From positions 1 to 64,000 of IMG/VR virus record IMGVR_UViG_3300031973_001557: DNA of 64,000 bases; one strand, given 5' to 3'. A program made the translations under genes and the position numbers. Of the stretch, positions 50,823-60,780 are shown piece by piece; positions within the stretch are counted from its first letter, which is position 1; every line of letters begins with the position of its first letter. This DNA is from a virus. Below the pieces are notes generated by a model. The model did no database searches and was not told the origin of the DNA. It worked only from the letters and a program-made list of their open reading frames with translations.

Positions 50823-52201
50823 CATTAAGTTCATTAAACGCATATGGAAAGGCTTTTCAGATAAAAGTAATTTCATCATTATTAACACATAAAAAATTCT
50901 TAGTAAATATCTTTGACGTTCTAATCGAAGATTATTTTGATAGCGATGCAAGTAAGTGGGTAATTAAGCAAATTGTTTCTTACTACGAAAAATACCACAC
51001 TACACCCACTATGGATGTACTAAAGGTAGAATTAAATAAGCTAGAAAATGATGTATTAAAATTAGCAGTAAAAGAATTATTAAGAGAAGCATACAAAGCA
51101 TCAGATGAAGATTTAGAATTCGTTCAAGAAGAGTTTTCTAAGTTCTGTCAGAATCAACAACTTAAAGCTGCTCTATTAGAATCAGTTGACTTACTTAAAA
51201 CAGGAGATTATGAATCTATTCAATTCCGGATTAAGAAAGCAATGGAAGCAGGAGGAGATAAGAACGTTGGTCATGAATATAATATTGATGTAGAATCTCG
51301 ATATAGAGAAGATAACAGAACAGTAGTACCAACTCCATGGCCTGTATTTAATGACCTATTACAGGGAGGATTAGGTAACGGCGACTTTGGATTAATCTTT
51401 GGTAATCCTGGTGGTGGTAAATCTTGGTTATTGGTAGCTTTAGGAGCTTATGCTGTAAAAGCAGGATATAATGTTTTGCATTATACTTTAGAATTAGGAG
51501 AGGGATATGTAGGAAAAAGATATGATGCTAGTTTAACAGGTATAAATGTATCTGAAATTAGTTCTAAAGAAAACGTAGCAAAAGTAACTGAAGAAGTAAA
51601 CCAACTACCAGGAAAATTAATTATAAAAGAATATTCACCAGGTATTGCTACCATTGATACTGTAAGAGCTCATATAGAAAAAGTAAAAAACCTCGGCACC
51701 GAACCTGACTTAATAATTATCGACTATGCTGACTTAATGGGGAGCAGAAAGAAAAGTAAAGAACGAAAAGATAGTATAGATGATATTTATCTTAATACCA
51801 AGGGACTTGCAAGAGAACTAAACTTACCTATTTGGTCAGTTTCTCAAGTTAACCGAGCTGGTGCGAAGGATGACATAATTGAAGGAGACAAAGCTGCTGG
51901 ATCATATGATAAGATTATGATTACAGACTTTGCCCTATCTTTGTCACGAAAAAGAGAAGATAAAGTAAATGGAACGGGTCGATTTCATTTGATTAAAAAT
52001 CGATATGGAATGGATGGAATGACCTATGGGGTGAAAGCGGACACCAATGTGGGAAGATTTGATGTATATGATTATGATGAAGATCAAGAATTGACACCAC
52101 GAACCCAACCGACAAGAAATGGAGATCTTGACAGTTATGATAAGAAAATATTAGCTAACGAATTTTTTAAACTTAAAACCAATGGGAATATTCCAACCTA
52201 G
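50819..52201 (+). CDS. dnaB: Replicative DnaB/gp41-like helicase
   Basis: GNPGGGKS, IIIDYAD, SQVNR, KNRYG. Confidence 0.93.
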   Translation: MTLSSLNAYGKAFQIKVISSLLTHKKFLVNIFDVLIEDYFDSDASKWVIKQIVSYYEKYHTTPTMDVLKVELNKLENDVLKLAVKELLREAYKASDEDLEFVQEEFSKFCQNQQLKAALLESVDLLKTGDYESIQFRIKKAMEAGGDKNVGHEYNIDVESRYREDNRTVVPTPWPVFNDLLQGGLGNGDFGLIFGNPGGGKSWLLVALGAYAVKAGYNVLHYTLELGEGYVGKRYDASLTGINVSEISSKENVAKVTEEVNQLPGKLIIKEYSPGIATIDTVRAHIEKVKNLGTEPDLIIIDYADLMGSRKKSKERKDSIDDIYLNTKGLARELNLPIWSVSQVNRAGAKDDIIEGDKAAGSYDKIMITDFALSLSRKREDKVNGTGRFHLIKNRYGMDGMTYGVKADTNVGRFDVYDYDEDQELTPRTQPTRNGDLDSYDKKILANEFFKLKTNGNIPT

Positions 52202-53159
52202 ACCATTTTATAAACCATTTGAATATGGTGATATAACAAACCCTTTAATAGATGCAATGTGGGCATCACACTGGACAGTTAATGAATTTAATTTTACAAA
52301 AGATATACAAGACTTCAATACTAATTTAACTGAAAAAGAAAGACAGGTAGTCAAGCGTGCATTATTAATGATTTCTCAAGTAGAAGTATCAGTTAAAAGT
52401 TATTGGTCTAATGTTGGAAAACTTATACCTAAGCCAGAAATCTCAGAAATGGGATCAGTATTTGGTGGAGTAGAAGTTATACATTCAAGAGCTTATTCGG
52501 AAATTTTAACTAAGTTAGGATTAAACGACGAGTTTAGTACTTTGTTAGATACAGAAATTGTACAAAATAGAGTTAAGTATTTAACAAAATATAATGAAAA
52601 AAATTATGTAGATGATAGAAAAAATATCTATTATTCGTTAGCGTTATTTTCTTTATTTACTGAAAATGTATCTTTATTTTCTCAGTTTTATACTATTTTA
52701 GGATTTAACAGATATTATAATGTATTAAAAGATACTGCAAATGTTGTACAATATACATCAAAAGAAGAAAACTTACATGCAGCAGGTGGTATCGCTATAC
52801 TCAATAAAATTAAAGAAGAATATCCTGAAGTAGTTGATTATGCTATGGAGCTTAAAATATATGAAGAAGCTAAAGAAGCATATGATGCTGAATTAAGACT
52901 TATTGAATGGATATTAGATGGGTATGAAAATGAATTCTTATCTTATGATATATTAAAAACATATTTAGGAATTAGAATGAATGACTCATTAGAAAAGATA
53001 GGATTTGATAAAATGTTTGATGTAGATGAGAATCTAGCTGAAAAAACGTTATGGATGGAAGAGGAAATATATGTTCCTGCCTTAACAGATTTCTTTCATA
53101 AGAAACCTATTGATTATCAAAAAGCTATGAAAAGCTTTGATGCAGGTGAATTATTTTAA
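52182..53159 (+). CDS. nrdB: Ribonucleotide reductase class I beta subunit
   Basis: EVIHSRAY, ENVSLFSQF, EENLH di-metal motifs. Confidence 0.93.
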   Translation: MGIFQPRPFYKPFEYGDITNPLIDAMWASHWTVNEFNFTKDIQDFNTNLTEKERQVVKRALLMISQVEVSVKSYWSNVGKLIPKPEISEMGSVFGGVEVIHSRAYSEILTKLGLNDEFSTLLDTEIVQNRVKYLTKYNEKNYVDDRKNIYYSLALFSLFTENVSLFSQFYTILGFNRYYNVLKDTANVVQYTSKEENLHAAGGIAILNKIKEEYPEVVDYAMELKIYEEAKEAYDAELRLIEWILDGYENEFLSYDILKTYLGIRMNDSLEKIGFDKMFDVDENLAEKTLWMEEEIYVPALTDFFHKKPIDYQKAMKSFDAGELF

Positions 53160-53175
53160 TTTGTAAAACGTAGGA

Positions 53176-54813
53176 ATGTATTGGTTAAATAAACAGTCTA
53201 GGACTTTCTTGGAAAGAGACTATCTTCTTCCAGGTGTAACAGCAGAGCAAAGAATTAAAGAAATCTGCGATCGAGCAGAAAAAATATTAGGTATAAAAGG
53301 ATTTTCGGATAAGTTTCATTCTTATGTTGAGAAAGGATGGTATAGTTTTTCATCACCAGTTTGGTCCAACTTTGGACTAGATAGAGGATTACCTATATCA
53401 TGCTTTGGAATTGATATTCAGGATGATATTATGGATATCTTACGAGCATCATCTGAAATAGGTGCTATGACGAGATATGGAGGAGGAACAGCAGGCTTTT
53501 TCGGTAAGATAAGACCAAGAGGATCTGAGATTAAAAATAATGGTAAGACATCAGGGGCAGTTCACTTTATGGAATTATTCCAAACTATTACTCAAGTTGT
53601 ATCTCAAGGCAGAATGAGAAGAGGATTCTTTGCAGCATACATGCCTATTGATCATGGAGATATAGAAGAGTTTTTAAATTGTCATACTGAAGGACATCCA
53701 ATCCAAGATTTAGCTTTTGCAGTAACTATTCCGGAAGGATGGATGCAATCTATGATTGATGGTGATAAAAATAAAAGAAAATTATGGGCTAAAGTTTTAC
53801 AAAGAAGAGCAGAAAAAGGATACCCATATATTTTCTTTGATGATAATGTAAATAATAATTTACCCCAAGCGTACGAAGATAAAGGATTAAAAATTAATCA
53901 TTCTCAGATGTGTTCAGAAATAATTGAATATACAGATGAAGAAAAATCTTTTGTATGTTGCTTATCTTCTTTAAATTTATTGCATTACGATGATTGGAAA
54001 GATACTGATGCAGTAGAGATGTTAACTTATTTCTTAGATGCTGTTTATACAGAATTTATTGATAAGACAGAAGGAATTCCATTTATGGAAAAAGCTCGTA
54101 AGTTTGCAATCGAGCATCGAAGTATTGGAGTAGGAGTATTAGGGTGGCATTCATACCTACAATCTATTATGATACCGTTTGAAAGTATGGAAGCTAAGCT
54201 ACTTAATACGCAGATCTTTAAATTAATTGATGAAAGAACTTTAAAGGCATCAAAAGAGTTAGCTAAACTATATGGAGAACCTAAAATGTTAGAAGGATAC
54301 GGAGAAAGATTTACTACAAGAGTAGCTCCCGCTCCTACAACTTCTTCTTCATTTATTTTAGGACAAGTATCTCCATCTATAGAACCTTTGTTCTCTAATT
54401 ACTTTGTTAAGGATCTAGCTAAAGGTAAATTTACTTATAAGAACCCTTATCTACAAAAGCTATTAAAGGATAAAGGAATGAATTCAAGTGAGGTTTGGAG
54501 GTCAATTATGTCAAAAGGAGGTTCGGTACAACACTTGGATTTCTTAACTGAAAGAGAAAAATTTGTATTTAAAACTTTTGGAGAAATTACCCCATTAGAG
54601 ATTATTCAACAGGCAGCAGGAAGACAGAAATATATTGATCAATCACAATCTTTGAACTTAGTTATCCATCCAGATGCAAGTCTAAAAGATGTAAATGCAT
54701 TATATATTGAAGCTTGGAAATTAGGATTAAAAACTCTATATTATCAAAGGTCTTCTAATCTAGCACAAGAAACTTCACGGAATATTATGGATTGTGCTAG
54801 TTGCCAAGCATAA
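53176..54813 (+). CDS. nrdA: Ribonucleotide reductase class I alpha subunit (no ATP cone)
   Basis: PISCF, GGG, QMCSEI, CCLSS, APT..SS, TLYY, C-terminal CASC. Confidence 0.93.
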   Translation: MYWLNKQSRTFLERDYLLPGVTAEQRIKEICDRAEKILGIKGFSDKFHSYVEKGWYSFSSPVWSNFGLDRGLPISCFGIDIQDDIMDILRASSEIGAMTRYGGGTAGFFGKIRPRGSEIKNNGKTSGAVHFMELFQTITQVVSQGRMRRGFFAAYMPIDHGDIEEFLNCHTEGHPIQDLAFAVTIPEGWMQSMIDGDKNKRKLWAKVLQRRAEKGYPYIFFDDNVNNNLPQAYEDKGLKINHSQMCSEIIEYTDEEKSFVCCLSSLNLLHYDDWKDTDAVEMLTYFLDAVYTEFIDKTEGIPFMEKARKFAIEHRSIGVGVLGWHSYLQSIMIPFESMEAKLLNTQIFKLIDERTLKASKELAKLYGEPKMLEGYGERFTTRVAPAPTTSSSFILGQVSPSIEPLFSNYFVKDLAKGKFTYKNPYLQKLLKDKGMNSSEVWRSIMSKGGSVQHLDFLTEREKFVFKTFGEITPLEIIQQAAGRQKYIDQSQSLNLVIHPDASLKDVNALYIEAWKLGLKTLYYQRSSNLAQETSRNIMDCASCQA

Positions 54814-54821
54814 ACAATAGT

Positions 54822-55904
54822 ATGAGAAAATTATTTAACTTTTTAGGAAAAGCTATCTTTCCTACTCTGATTGCAGTAACCGCTTTAGCCATTTCAGGTT
54901 CAGCGGCTACTTTTTCAGTAATTGGATTATCAAAATTATTTGCTGGAGCTTCATTAGCTGTTATTATAATGACAGGAACTTTAGAAGCATCTAAATTAGT
55001 AGTAGCATCATTACTACATCAATATTGGTCTGACTTAAATAGATTACTTAAAATATATTTAACTTTAGCAGTTGTAATACTAATTATCATTACTTCAATG
55101 GGTATTTATGGTTATTTATCTGCTGCATATCAAGAAACAGCTAATAAAGAAGGTATCACTCAAAAAGAGTTAGCTATATATGATTCTAAGATAGAGAATT
55201 ATAAAAAACAAAAATCTTCAAGAGAACAAACAGCTAATTCCGTTCAAGAAAGAATCACTCAACTAAACGAAGGCATTAATAATATTGAATATAGTTGGGT
55301 AGATAGAGATGGAGCAGGAGATCAAAGAGAATTATTATCTACTCAATTAGAAATAGCTAATAAGGAATATCTAAGAGTTAGTAATGATATTTCAAAATTA
55401 GATTCTACTATTTTAGCATTAGAGAATGAAAGATTTGAAACTGAAATTAGCTCTGATGTAGCAGCCGAATTAGGACCTTTAAAATATATTAGTAAAATCT
55501 CAGGATGGGAGATGGATAAGACAGTTAATGTTCTTATCTTAATTATTGTATTTGTATTTGATCCTTTAGCTATATGTTTGGTACTTGCAGCTAATTTTGC
55601 GTTCGGAAAGGCATTTCCAAAAAAAAGAGAAAATATTTACGGTGAAAAGGTAGTTATAACTCAAACACCTATAGTTGAATTAGAAGCTGAACCAGAGGAT
55701 CTTCCAGATTTACAAGAAAATAAATTTAATCCTGAAAGAGAAAAAATTGAAAAAGAAATAGAAGAAATAGAAAATGAACAAATTAAATTAGCGCAAAGCA
55801 CGGCATCAGGTCGAGCTATTCACGCAGCTAGTGAAGAATTAAAAGAAAGGAAAAAAATTTTAAAAAAACAATTAAATAATGATGATAATAGTATTACTTA
55901 TTAA
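54822..55904 (+). CDS. Membrane protein with coiled coil
   Basis: Three N-terminal TM segments, a coiled coil and a VFDPLAI TM segment; ATG at 54822 preferred. Confidence 0.75.
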   Translation: MRKLFNFLGKAIFPTLIAVTALAISGSAATFSVIGLSKLFAGASLAVIIMTGTLEASKLVVASLLHQYWSDLNRLLKIYLTLAVVILIIITSMGIYGYLSAAYQETANKEGITQKELAIYDSKIENYKKQKSSREQTANSVQERITQLNEGINNIEYSWVDRDGAGDQRELLSTQLEIANKEYLRVSNDISKLDSTILALENERFETEISSDVAAELGPLKYISKISGWEMDKTVNVLILIIVFVFDPLAICLVLAANFAFGKAFPKKRENIYGEKVVITQTPIVELEAEPEDLPDLQENKFNPEREKIEKEIEEIENEQIKLAQSTASGRAIHAASEELKERKKILKKQLNNDDNSITY

Positions 55905-55934
55905 CTATTTTTCGTATATTTAATTAAAATAGTT

Positions 55935-56390
55935 ATGAGACATATTTACGATAGAGAAGTTATAGAAAAGAATCTAAAAAGATTAAAACCATTAAATTAT
56001 AATAGATTTATGTGGTGGCGTAGTCATACTAGAAAGAATAAGCTTCTAAGTAATTATGCACCTCTTATTCAAAGAATTAAGAATGGTGATTACGATCACA
56101 GTATTTACTTCTGGCAAGCTCAATTAGCTACTCTTAATTATAATGAAAGATATCAAGCTAATATTGGTAGTGGTCAAGGAGATGATAAACTAAGCTTAAT
56201 GGCTGAACGTTGTAAGAGATTATGGGAAGACTTTGAGAAAGATGAAGCAAAACTATTAGTTGAGATACGTAAGGAGTTTTGTAAACTATTTAGAATAAGT
56301 ATTAAAGCTTATGAAAGAGTAATGGATGAGTTTGATGGTACTTTAGAAGACCTTTACTATTATTGTGAAAAAAAATATAAGAATGACTAA
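55935..56390 (+). CDS. Hypothetical protein
   Basis: 151-aa ORF after the promoter-like TTTTCGTATATTTA at 55909. Confidence 0.7.
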   Translation: MRHIYDREVIEKNLKRLKPLNYNRFMWWRSHTRKNKLLSNYAPLIQRIKNGDYDHSIYFWQAQLATLNYNERYQANIGSGQGDDKLSLMAERCKRLWEDFEKDEAKLLVEIRKEFCKLFRISIKAYERVMDEFDGTLEDLYYYCEKKYKND

Positions 56391-56580
56391 ATTAGGTATA
56401 AATAAAGGTCCACATAGAGAAGATAGAGTCTTACAGAATACATATTTCGAAGAAGAATTAAATATATTATTTTCTAGAATAAGAGATAATGGAGTTAATT
56501 TAACGAAAAATGATATGAAGTATTTAGAATATTTAGGTAATAAAACAGTTAATGATAATTTAAAACAAGAAAATGAGTAA
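56383..56580 (+). CDS. Hypothetical protein
   Basis: ATG at 56383; overlaps both neighbours. Confidence 0.55.
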   Translation: MTKLGINKGPHREDRVLQNTYFEEELNILFSRIRDNGVNLTKNDMKYLEYLGNKTVNDNLKQENE

Positions 56581-57385
56581 AAATGTTGTAATTAGTCTTT
56601 CTGGAGGGATGGACTCCTCTACTTTATTAATCCATGCTTTAAAAGAAGGATTTAATGTAACTGCAGTATCTTTTGATTACGGTCAAAAGCATCGTGTAGA
56701 ACTTGAAAGAGCTCAGTCTTTAATTGATTATATTAATCTAACCAGATTGAATGAACCAAACATCAAGTATCAAGTAATTAAATTAGATGGTCTTCCAGAT
56801 CTACTTAACTCAGCTCTAGTATCAGGAGGAGAAGAAGTACCGGAAGGACATTATGCAGAAGAAAATATGAAAGCTACGGTAGTACCTAATCGTAATAAAA
56901 TCTTTTCTTCTATAACTCAAGCTATTGCTCTCTCAATGTATAAAGCAAATAATCTACCAACTTATATTGGAATGGGTATTCATGCAGGTGATCACGCAAT
57001 TTATCCCGACTGTAGAGAAGAATTTAGAGATGCAGATCTAGCTACTTTTAAATTAGGAAACTGGGATGCTGATAATATCGAATATTATACTCCGTTTATT
57101 AATGATGATAAGTATGGTATTTTACAAGCAGGAGAAGTTGCTTGTTTTGAATTAGGATTAGATTTTAATGAAGTATATTCTCGAACGAATACTTCATATA
57201 AACCTATTCAAATAGATAAAGAATGGTATTCTGATTATAAATCAGCTTCTTCTGTAGAACGTATCGAAGCATTTATTAAGTTAGGAAAAAAAGATCCTGT
57301 AAGATATGCTGACGAAACAGGAGTAGTACATTGGCAGAAAGCTAAAGCTCACGTACAAGAAGTATTATTAAATTATAATACATAA
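56573..57385 (+). CDS. queC: 7-cyano-7-deazaguanine synthase
   Basis: SGGMDS, FDYGQKH, VPNRN, YPDCR. Confidence 0.95.
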   Translation: MSKNVVISLSGGMDSSTLLIHALKEGFNVTAVSFDYGQKHRVELERAQSLIDYINLTRLNEPNIKYQVIKLDGLPDLLNSALVSGGEEVPEGHYAEENMKATVVPNRNKIFSSITQAIALSMYKANNLPTYIGMGIHAGDHAIYPDCREEFRDADLATFKLGNWDADNIEYYTPFINDDKYGILQAGEVACFELGLDFNEVYSRTNTSYKPIQIDKEWYSDYKSASSVERIEAFIKLGKKDPVRYADETGVVHWQKAKAHVQEVLLNYNT

Positions 57386-57390
57386 TATTA

Positions 57391-57534
57391 ATGAAAGAAT
57401 TTATATATCATATGCTAGGATTATGCGGGGAATCACATCCTTCCTTACTATCTTTACTTATGATAGGGATTACTCCATTTATTTTTATGTATAAAAAAAT
57501 AATAAATTATGTCAAAAAAATTTTTATCAAGTAA
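57391..57534 (+). CDS. Small hydrophobic protein (47 aa), absent from the ORF track
   Basis: MKEFIYHMLGLCGESHPSLLSLLMIGITPFIFMYKKIINYVKKIFIK fills the queC-queD gap. Confidence 0.55.
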   Translation: MKEFIYHMLGLCGESHPSLLSLLMIGITPFIFMYKKIINYVKKIFIK

Positions 57535-57979
57535 AATATATGATGGGTATTCTACTTGTTTTCGACAATGGAAAGCAACAGATACACACTGTCAATATTT
57601 ACATGGATACTCAGTATCTCTTAAAATAACATACGAAGGTGAACTCGATGATAAAAATTGGGTAGTAGATTTTGGCAGAGCTAAAAGATCCAATATAGAA
57701 ATCGACGGTATGAAAGTAAAAGAATGGTTATCATATATGTTAGATCATACTGTAATAGTAGCAGAGGATGACCCATTTTTAGAAGCTTTTAAACAAATGG
57801 ATAAAGTAGGAGCAGCTCGAGTAAGAGTTATTCCTGCTGTAGGAGCAGAAAAATTTGCTGAGTATTTTTATAATAAATTAAATGATTGGGTAAAAGAAGA
57901 TACTAATAATCGATGTAAAATAGTATCAGTAGAAGTTAGAGAACACGAAAAAAATAGTGCAATATATTATGGAGAATAA
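57509..57979 (+). CDS. queD: 6-carboxy-5,6,7,8-tetrahydropterin synthase
   Basis: HCQYLHGY, VVDFG, LDH, GAE, VREHEKNSA. Confidence 0.9.
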   Translation: MSKKFLSSKIYDGYSTCFRQWKATDTHCQYLHGYSVSLKITYEGELDDKNWVVDFGRAKRSNIEIDGMKVKEWLSYMLDHTVIVAEDDPFLEAFKQMDKVGAARVRVIPAVGAEKFAEYFYNKLNDWVKEDTNNRCKIVSVEVREHEKNSAIYYGE

Positions 57980-58787
57980 AATTAGAATAGCTCATGAAGC
58001 ACCTATGTCAATATTTGATAAGGTACAACAGCTAACAGATTACGATTATTGTTTAGTTCATTTAATGGATGAAATTCCGGAATATAAAGAAATATTTTTT
58101 AAAGCTAAAAAACAAGGCAGAGAAATTATTTTAGATAATAGTATTTTTGAATTAGGTAAATCATTTAATAATAAAAAATATTATCATTGGGTAACTGAAC
58201 TAGAACCAACATGGTATATTATTCCAGATGTATTAGAAGATTGCGATAAAACGATTGATAAAGCAAAAAGATGGCTATCAAAATATCCTGATATTAAAAG
58301 TAAATCTATTGGTGTAGTTCAAGGTAAAACATATGAAGAAATAGTTAAATGTTATAAATTTATGGTGGAGGAAGCTAAGGTAGATAAAGTAGCTATTTCA
58401 TTTGATTATTCATATTATTTAAATACTTACGAAAGTTTAGGATCAAATAAATATGAAAGATTTACAATTGGTAGAGCATGCTTAATAGATCAAATGATCG
58501 AGGACAAAGTTATTGACTATAGTATCCCAGTTCATCTATTAGGCTGCGGTTTACCACAAGAAGGAGCATTCTATAAAGAAGATCCTGAACGATACTTTTT
58601 TATAGATTCTGTAGATACATCTAATCCTATAGTGCATGGTATAAAAAATGTACAATATACAAAATATGGATTAAAAGATAAAGAATCACAAAAATTATTT
58701 ACTATGATAAATTATAAATTAAATTCTCAAATATGGGATTTAATAGAATATAATACTAAAGCATTTAAAAATTTATGGAATGCATAA
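57969..58787 (+). CDS. dpdA: TGT-fold deazaguanine transglycosylase (DpdA-like)
   Basis: IILDNS, PDVLED, GVVQG, HLLG and SVDTS motifs; inside the que operon. Confidence 0.75.
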   Translation: MENKIRIAHEAPMSIFDKVQQLTDYDYCLVHLMDEIPEYKEIFFKAKKQGREIILDNSIFELGKSFNNKKYYHWVTELEPTWYIIPDVLEDCDKTIDKAKRWLSKYPDIKSKSIGVVQGKTYEEIVKCYKFMVEEAKVDKVAISFDYSYYLNTYESLGSNKYERFTIGRACLIDQMIEDKVIDYSIPVHLLGCGLPQEGAFYKEDPERYFFIDSVDTSNPIVHGIKNVQYTKYGLKDKESQKLFTMINYKLNSQIWDLIEYNTKAFKNLWNA

Positions 58788-59331
58788 AAGATGGATCGCA
58801 ATGTTCTCGCAAACTGGAAGCGAGCTTATAGAAGTAATTAATGCTCTAGATAGAGAACCTGATATTATTATAACTAATAAAAGACCTGAACATTTAAGAA
58901 GTATTAATCAAGATTTATTAGATAGATGCAGAAATAAAATTTGTTATGTATCTAACAAACCAACACTAGAAGAATATTATGGAATATTTGAACGATTTGT
59001 TTTTAATCCTATTGTTACTCTCCACGGCTGGTTAAGAGTATTGCCGCCGGAAATATGTAGGAGTTATGAAATTTATAATGGTCACCCAGGAGATATAATT
59101 AAATATCCAAAATTAAAAGGAAAGGATCCACAGTTAAAAGCTTGGAAAAAAAATTATAAATTTATAGGAACAGTATTGCATAAGGTAATTGAACAGGTAG
59201 ATGAAGGAGAAATTATAGCTTATAAAAATAAAATTCCTACTAGAAATTTGGAACTTGATGATTATTTTCGTATATTAAGAAACGAGTCGATAGGCTTATG
59301 GATACAATTTTTGAATAAAAGGTTATACTAA
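58780..59331 (+). CDS. PurN-like formyltransferase (DpdN-like preQ1 formyltransferase)
   Basis: FSQTGS, IITN, GWLRVL, YNGHPG, H.V...VDEG.I. Confidence 0.8.
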   Translation: MHKRWIAMFSQTGSELIEVINALDREPDIIITNKRPEHLRSINQDLLDRCRNKICYVSNKPTLEEYYGIFERFVFNPIVTLHGWLRVLPPEICRSYEIYNGHPGDIIKYPKLKGKDPQLKAWKKNYKFIGTVLHKVIEQVDEGEIIAYKNKIPTRNLELDDYFRILRNESIGLWIQFLNKRLY

Positions 59332-59885
59332 TGAAAATAGCATTTACAGGAGCTCAGGGAACGGGTAAATCTACTTTAGTTAATTATCTTGCAGATAATA
59401 ATGTTAAAGAAATAGAAGAATATACTTTTGTAAAAGAAGTAACAAGAAGAATACAAAGACAATTTAATCTTGATATTAATGAGAAAGGAGATCTGACTAC
59501 TCAGATACTAATTATTACAGATCATATTGTAAATTTACGTAAACCAAAAGTAGTAATGGATAGATGTATTTTAGATGCATTAGTCTATACTCGATGGTTA
59601 TGTGATTATAATCCTGGTATTCCTAACTGGGTTTATGATTATTGTGAAAATGTATTTAAAAGTTATATTAATCAATATGACATTATATTTTATTTAAAGC
59701 CTGAATTTGATCTGGTTAGTGATGGTGTGAGAAGTGATGATATAGACTTTAGAGATGATATAGCAGATTTATTTGAAACCTACATAAATAATTTTGGTGT
59801 AGAAGTTGTGGAATTAACAGGTACGGTAAAACAAAGAGTTAAACAAATTAAAAAAGCAATTAATGAGCACACAAAGTCAAATTAA
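59331..59885 (+). CDS. P-loop nucleoside monophosphate kinase-like protein (AAA_28-type)
   Basis: GAQGTGKST, MDRCILD, DGVR. Confidence 0.8.
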   Translation: MKIAFTGAQGTGKSTLVNYLADNNVKEIEEYTFVKEVTRRIQRQFNLDINEKGDLTTQILIITDHIVNLRKPKVVMDRCILDALVYTRWLCDYNPGIPNWVYDYCENVFKSYINQYDIIFYLKPEFDLVSDGVRSDDIDFRDDIADLFETYINNFGVEVVELTGTVKQRVKQIKKAINEHTKSN

Positions 59886-60780
59886 TGATATAGCGGGAAC
59901 GCTATTAGGTAAAAGAGGAGGAGAAGGTTATTCAACAACTTATGATTCTTCTTTATTAGTTCGTATTCCTAGATCTTTAAATCGAGAAACTTATCGAATT
60001 GATAATAAAAATCTTCCGTTTATAGGAGGAGATGTCTGGAACGCATACGAAGTATCAGCTATTACTAATACTGGAAGACCAGTATCAGGAGTAATGAAGA
60101 TATGGTGTGATGCAGATTCTAAATATCACGTTGAATCTAAGTCAATTAAACTATATCTTAATTCCTTTAATATGACTCCTTTTGGGGAAACAGGAGAAGA
60201 ATGTATTAAGATTATTGAGGATACCGTATCAGAAGATTTATCAACTTTATTAGAAACAGAAGTTGAATGTAAATTATTTACAAGAAATGATAGTCTTAAT
60301 TTTGATGTCTTTAGTGATTATGATGAACTAGAAGATTTAGTAGATTTAGATAAAGTAGATTATTCTAATGATAAATTAGAAAAATTAGATATTACCAAAG
60401 CATCGTTTAAAGATTTTAATCCTAGATTAAAAGTTCGTACTAATCTTTTAAGAAGTAATTGTCGAGTAACTAATCAACCAGACTGGGGTGACTTATTTAT
60501 TTTTATTAAAGGTAATGAGAAGGATAGTGTATTTACTCTAGATAGTCTAGCAAGCTATATTGTTTCTCATAGACAAGTTAATCACTTTCATGAAGAGATC
60601 GTAGAAATGATCTTTAAAAAATTATACGATGAATTTAATCCTAAAGAACTAATGGTATGTGCAATGTATACTCGAAGAGGAGGGATTGATATTAATCCTA
60701 TTCGATCTACTCATGAGCATTTAATTCCTGGTGCATTTAGAACTATGAATAGCTTAACTCAAAAAACATTACGTCAATAA
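59863..60780 (+). CDS. queF: NADPH-dependent preQ0 reductase (bimodular QueF)
   Basis: WNAYE, VESKSIKLYLNSF, SNCRVTNQPDWG, FHE, YTRRGGIDINP. Confidence 0.95.
   Translation: MSTQSQINDIAGTLLGKRGGEGYSTTYDSSLLVRIPRSLNRETYRIDNKNLPFIGGDVWNAYEVSAITNTGRPVSGVMKIWCDADSKYHVESKSIKLYLNSFNMTPFGETGEECIKIIEDTVSEDLSTLLETEVECKLFTRNDSLNFDVFSDYDELEDLVDLDKVDYSNDKLEKLDITKASFKDFNPRLKVRTNLLRSNCRVTNQPDWGDLFIFIKGNEKDSVFTLDSLASYIVSHRQVNHFHEEIVEMIFKKLYDEFNPKELMVCAMYTRRGGIDINPIRSTHEHLIPGAFRTMNSLTQKTLRQ

Noticed and set aside
8907-54813. Introns or inteins in terminase, helicase, RecA or nrdA/nrdB
   Set aside because: Lengths are ordinary, motifs are contiguous and no homing endonuclease or intein signatures are visible.
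58780-59331. Formyltransferase as an auxiliary purine-synthesis purN
   Set aside because: No other pur genes are present and it sits between dpdA-like and queF, so a preQ1-formylation role fits better.
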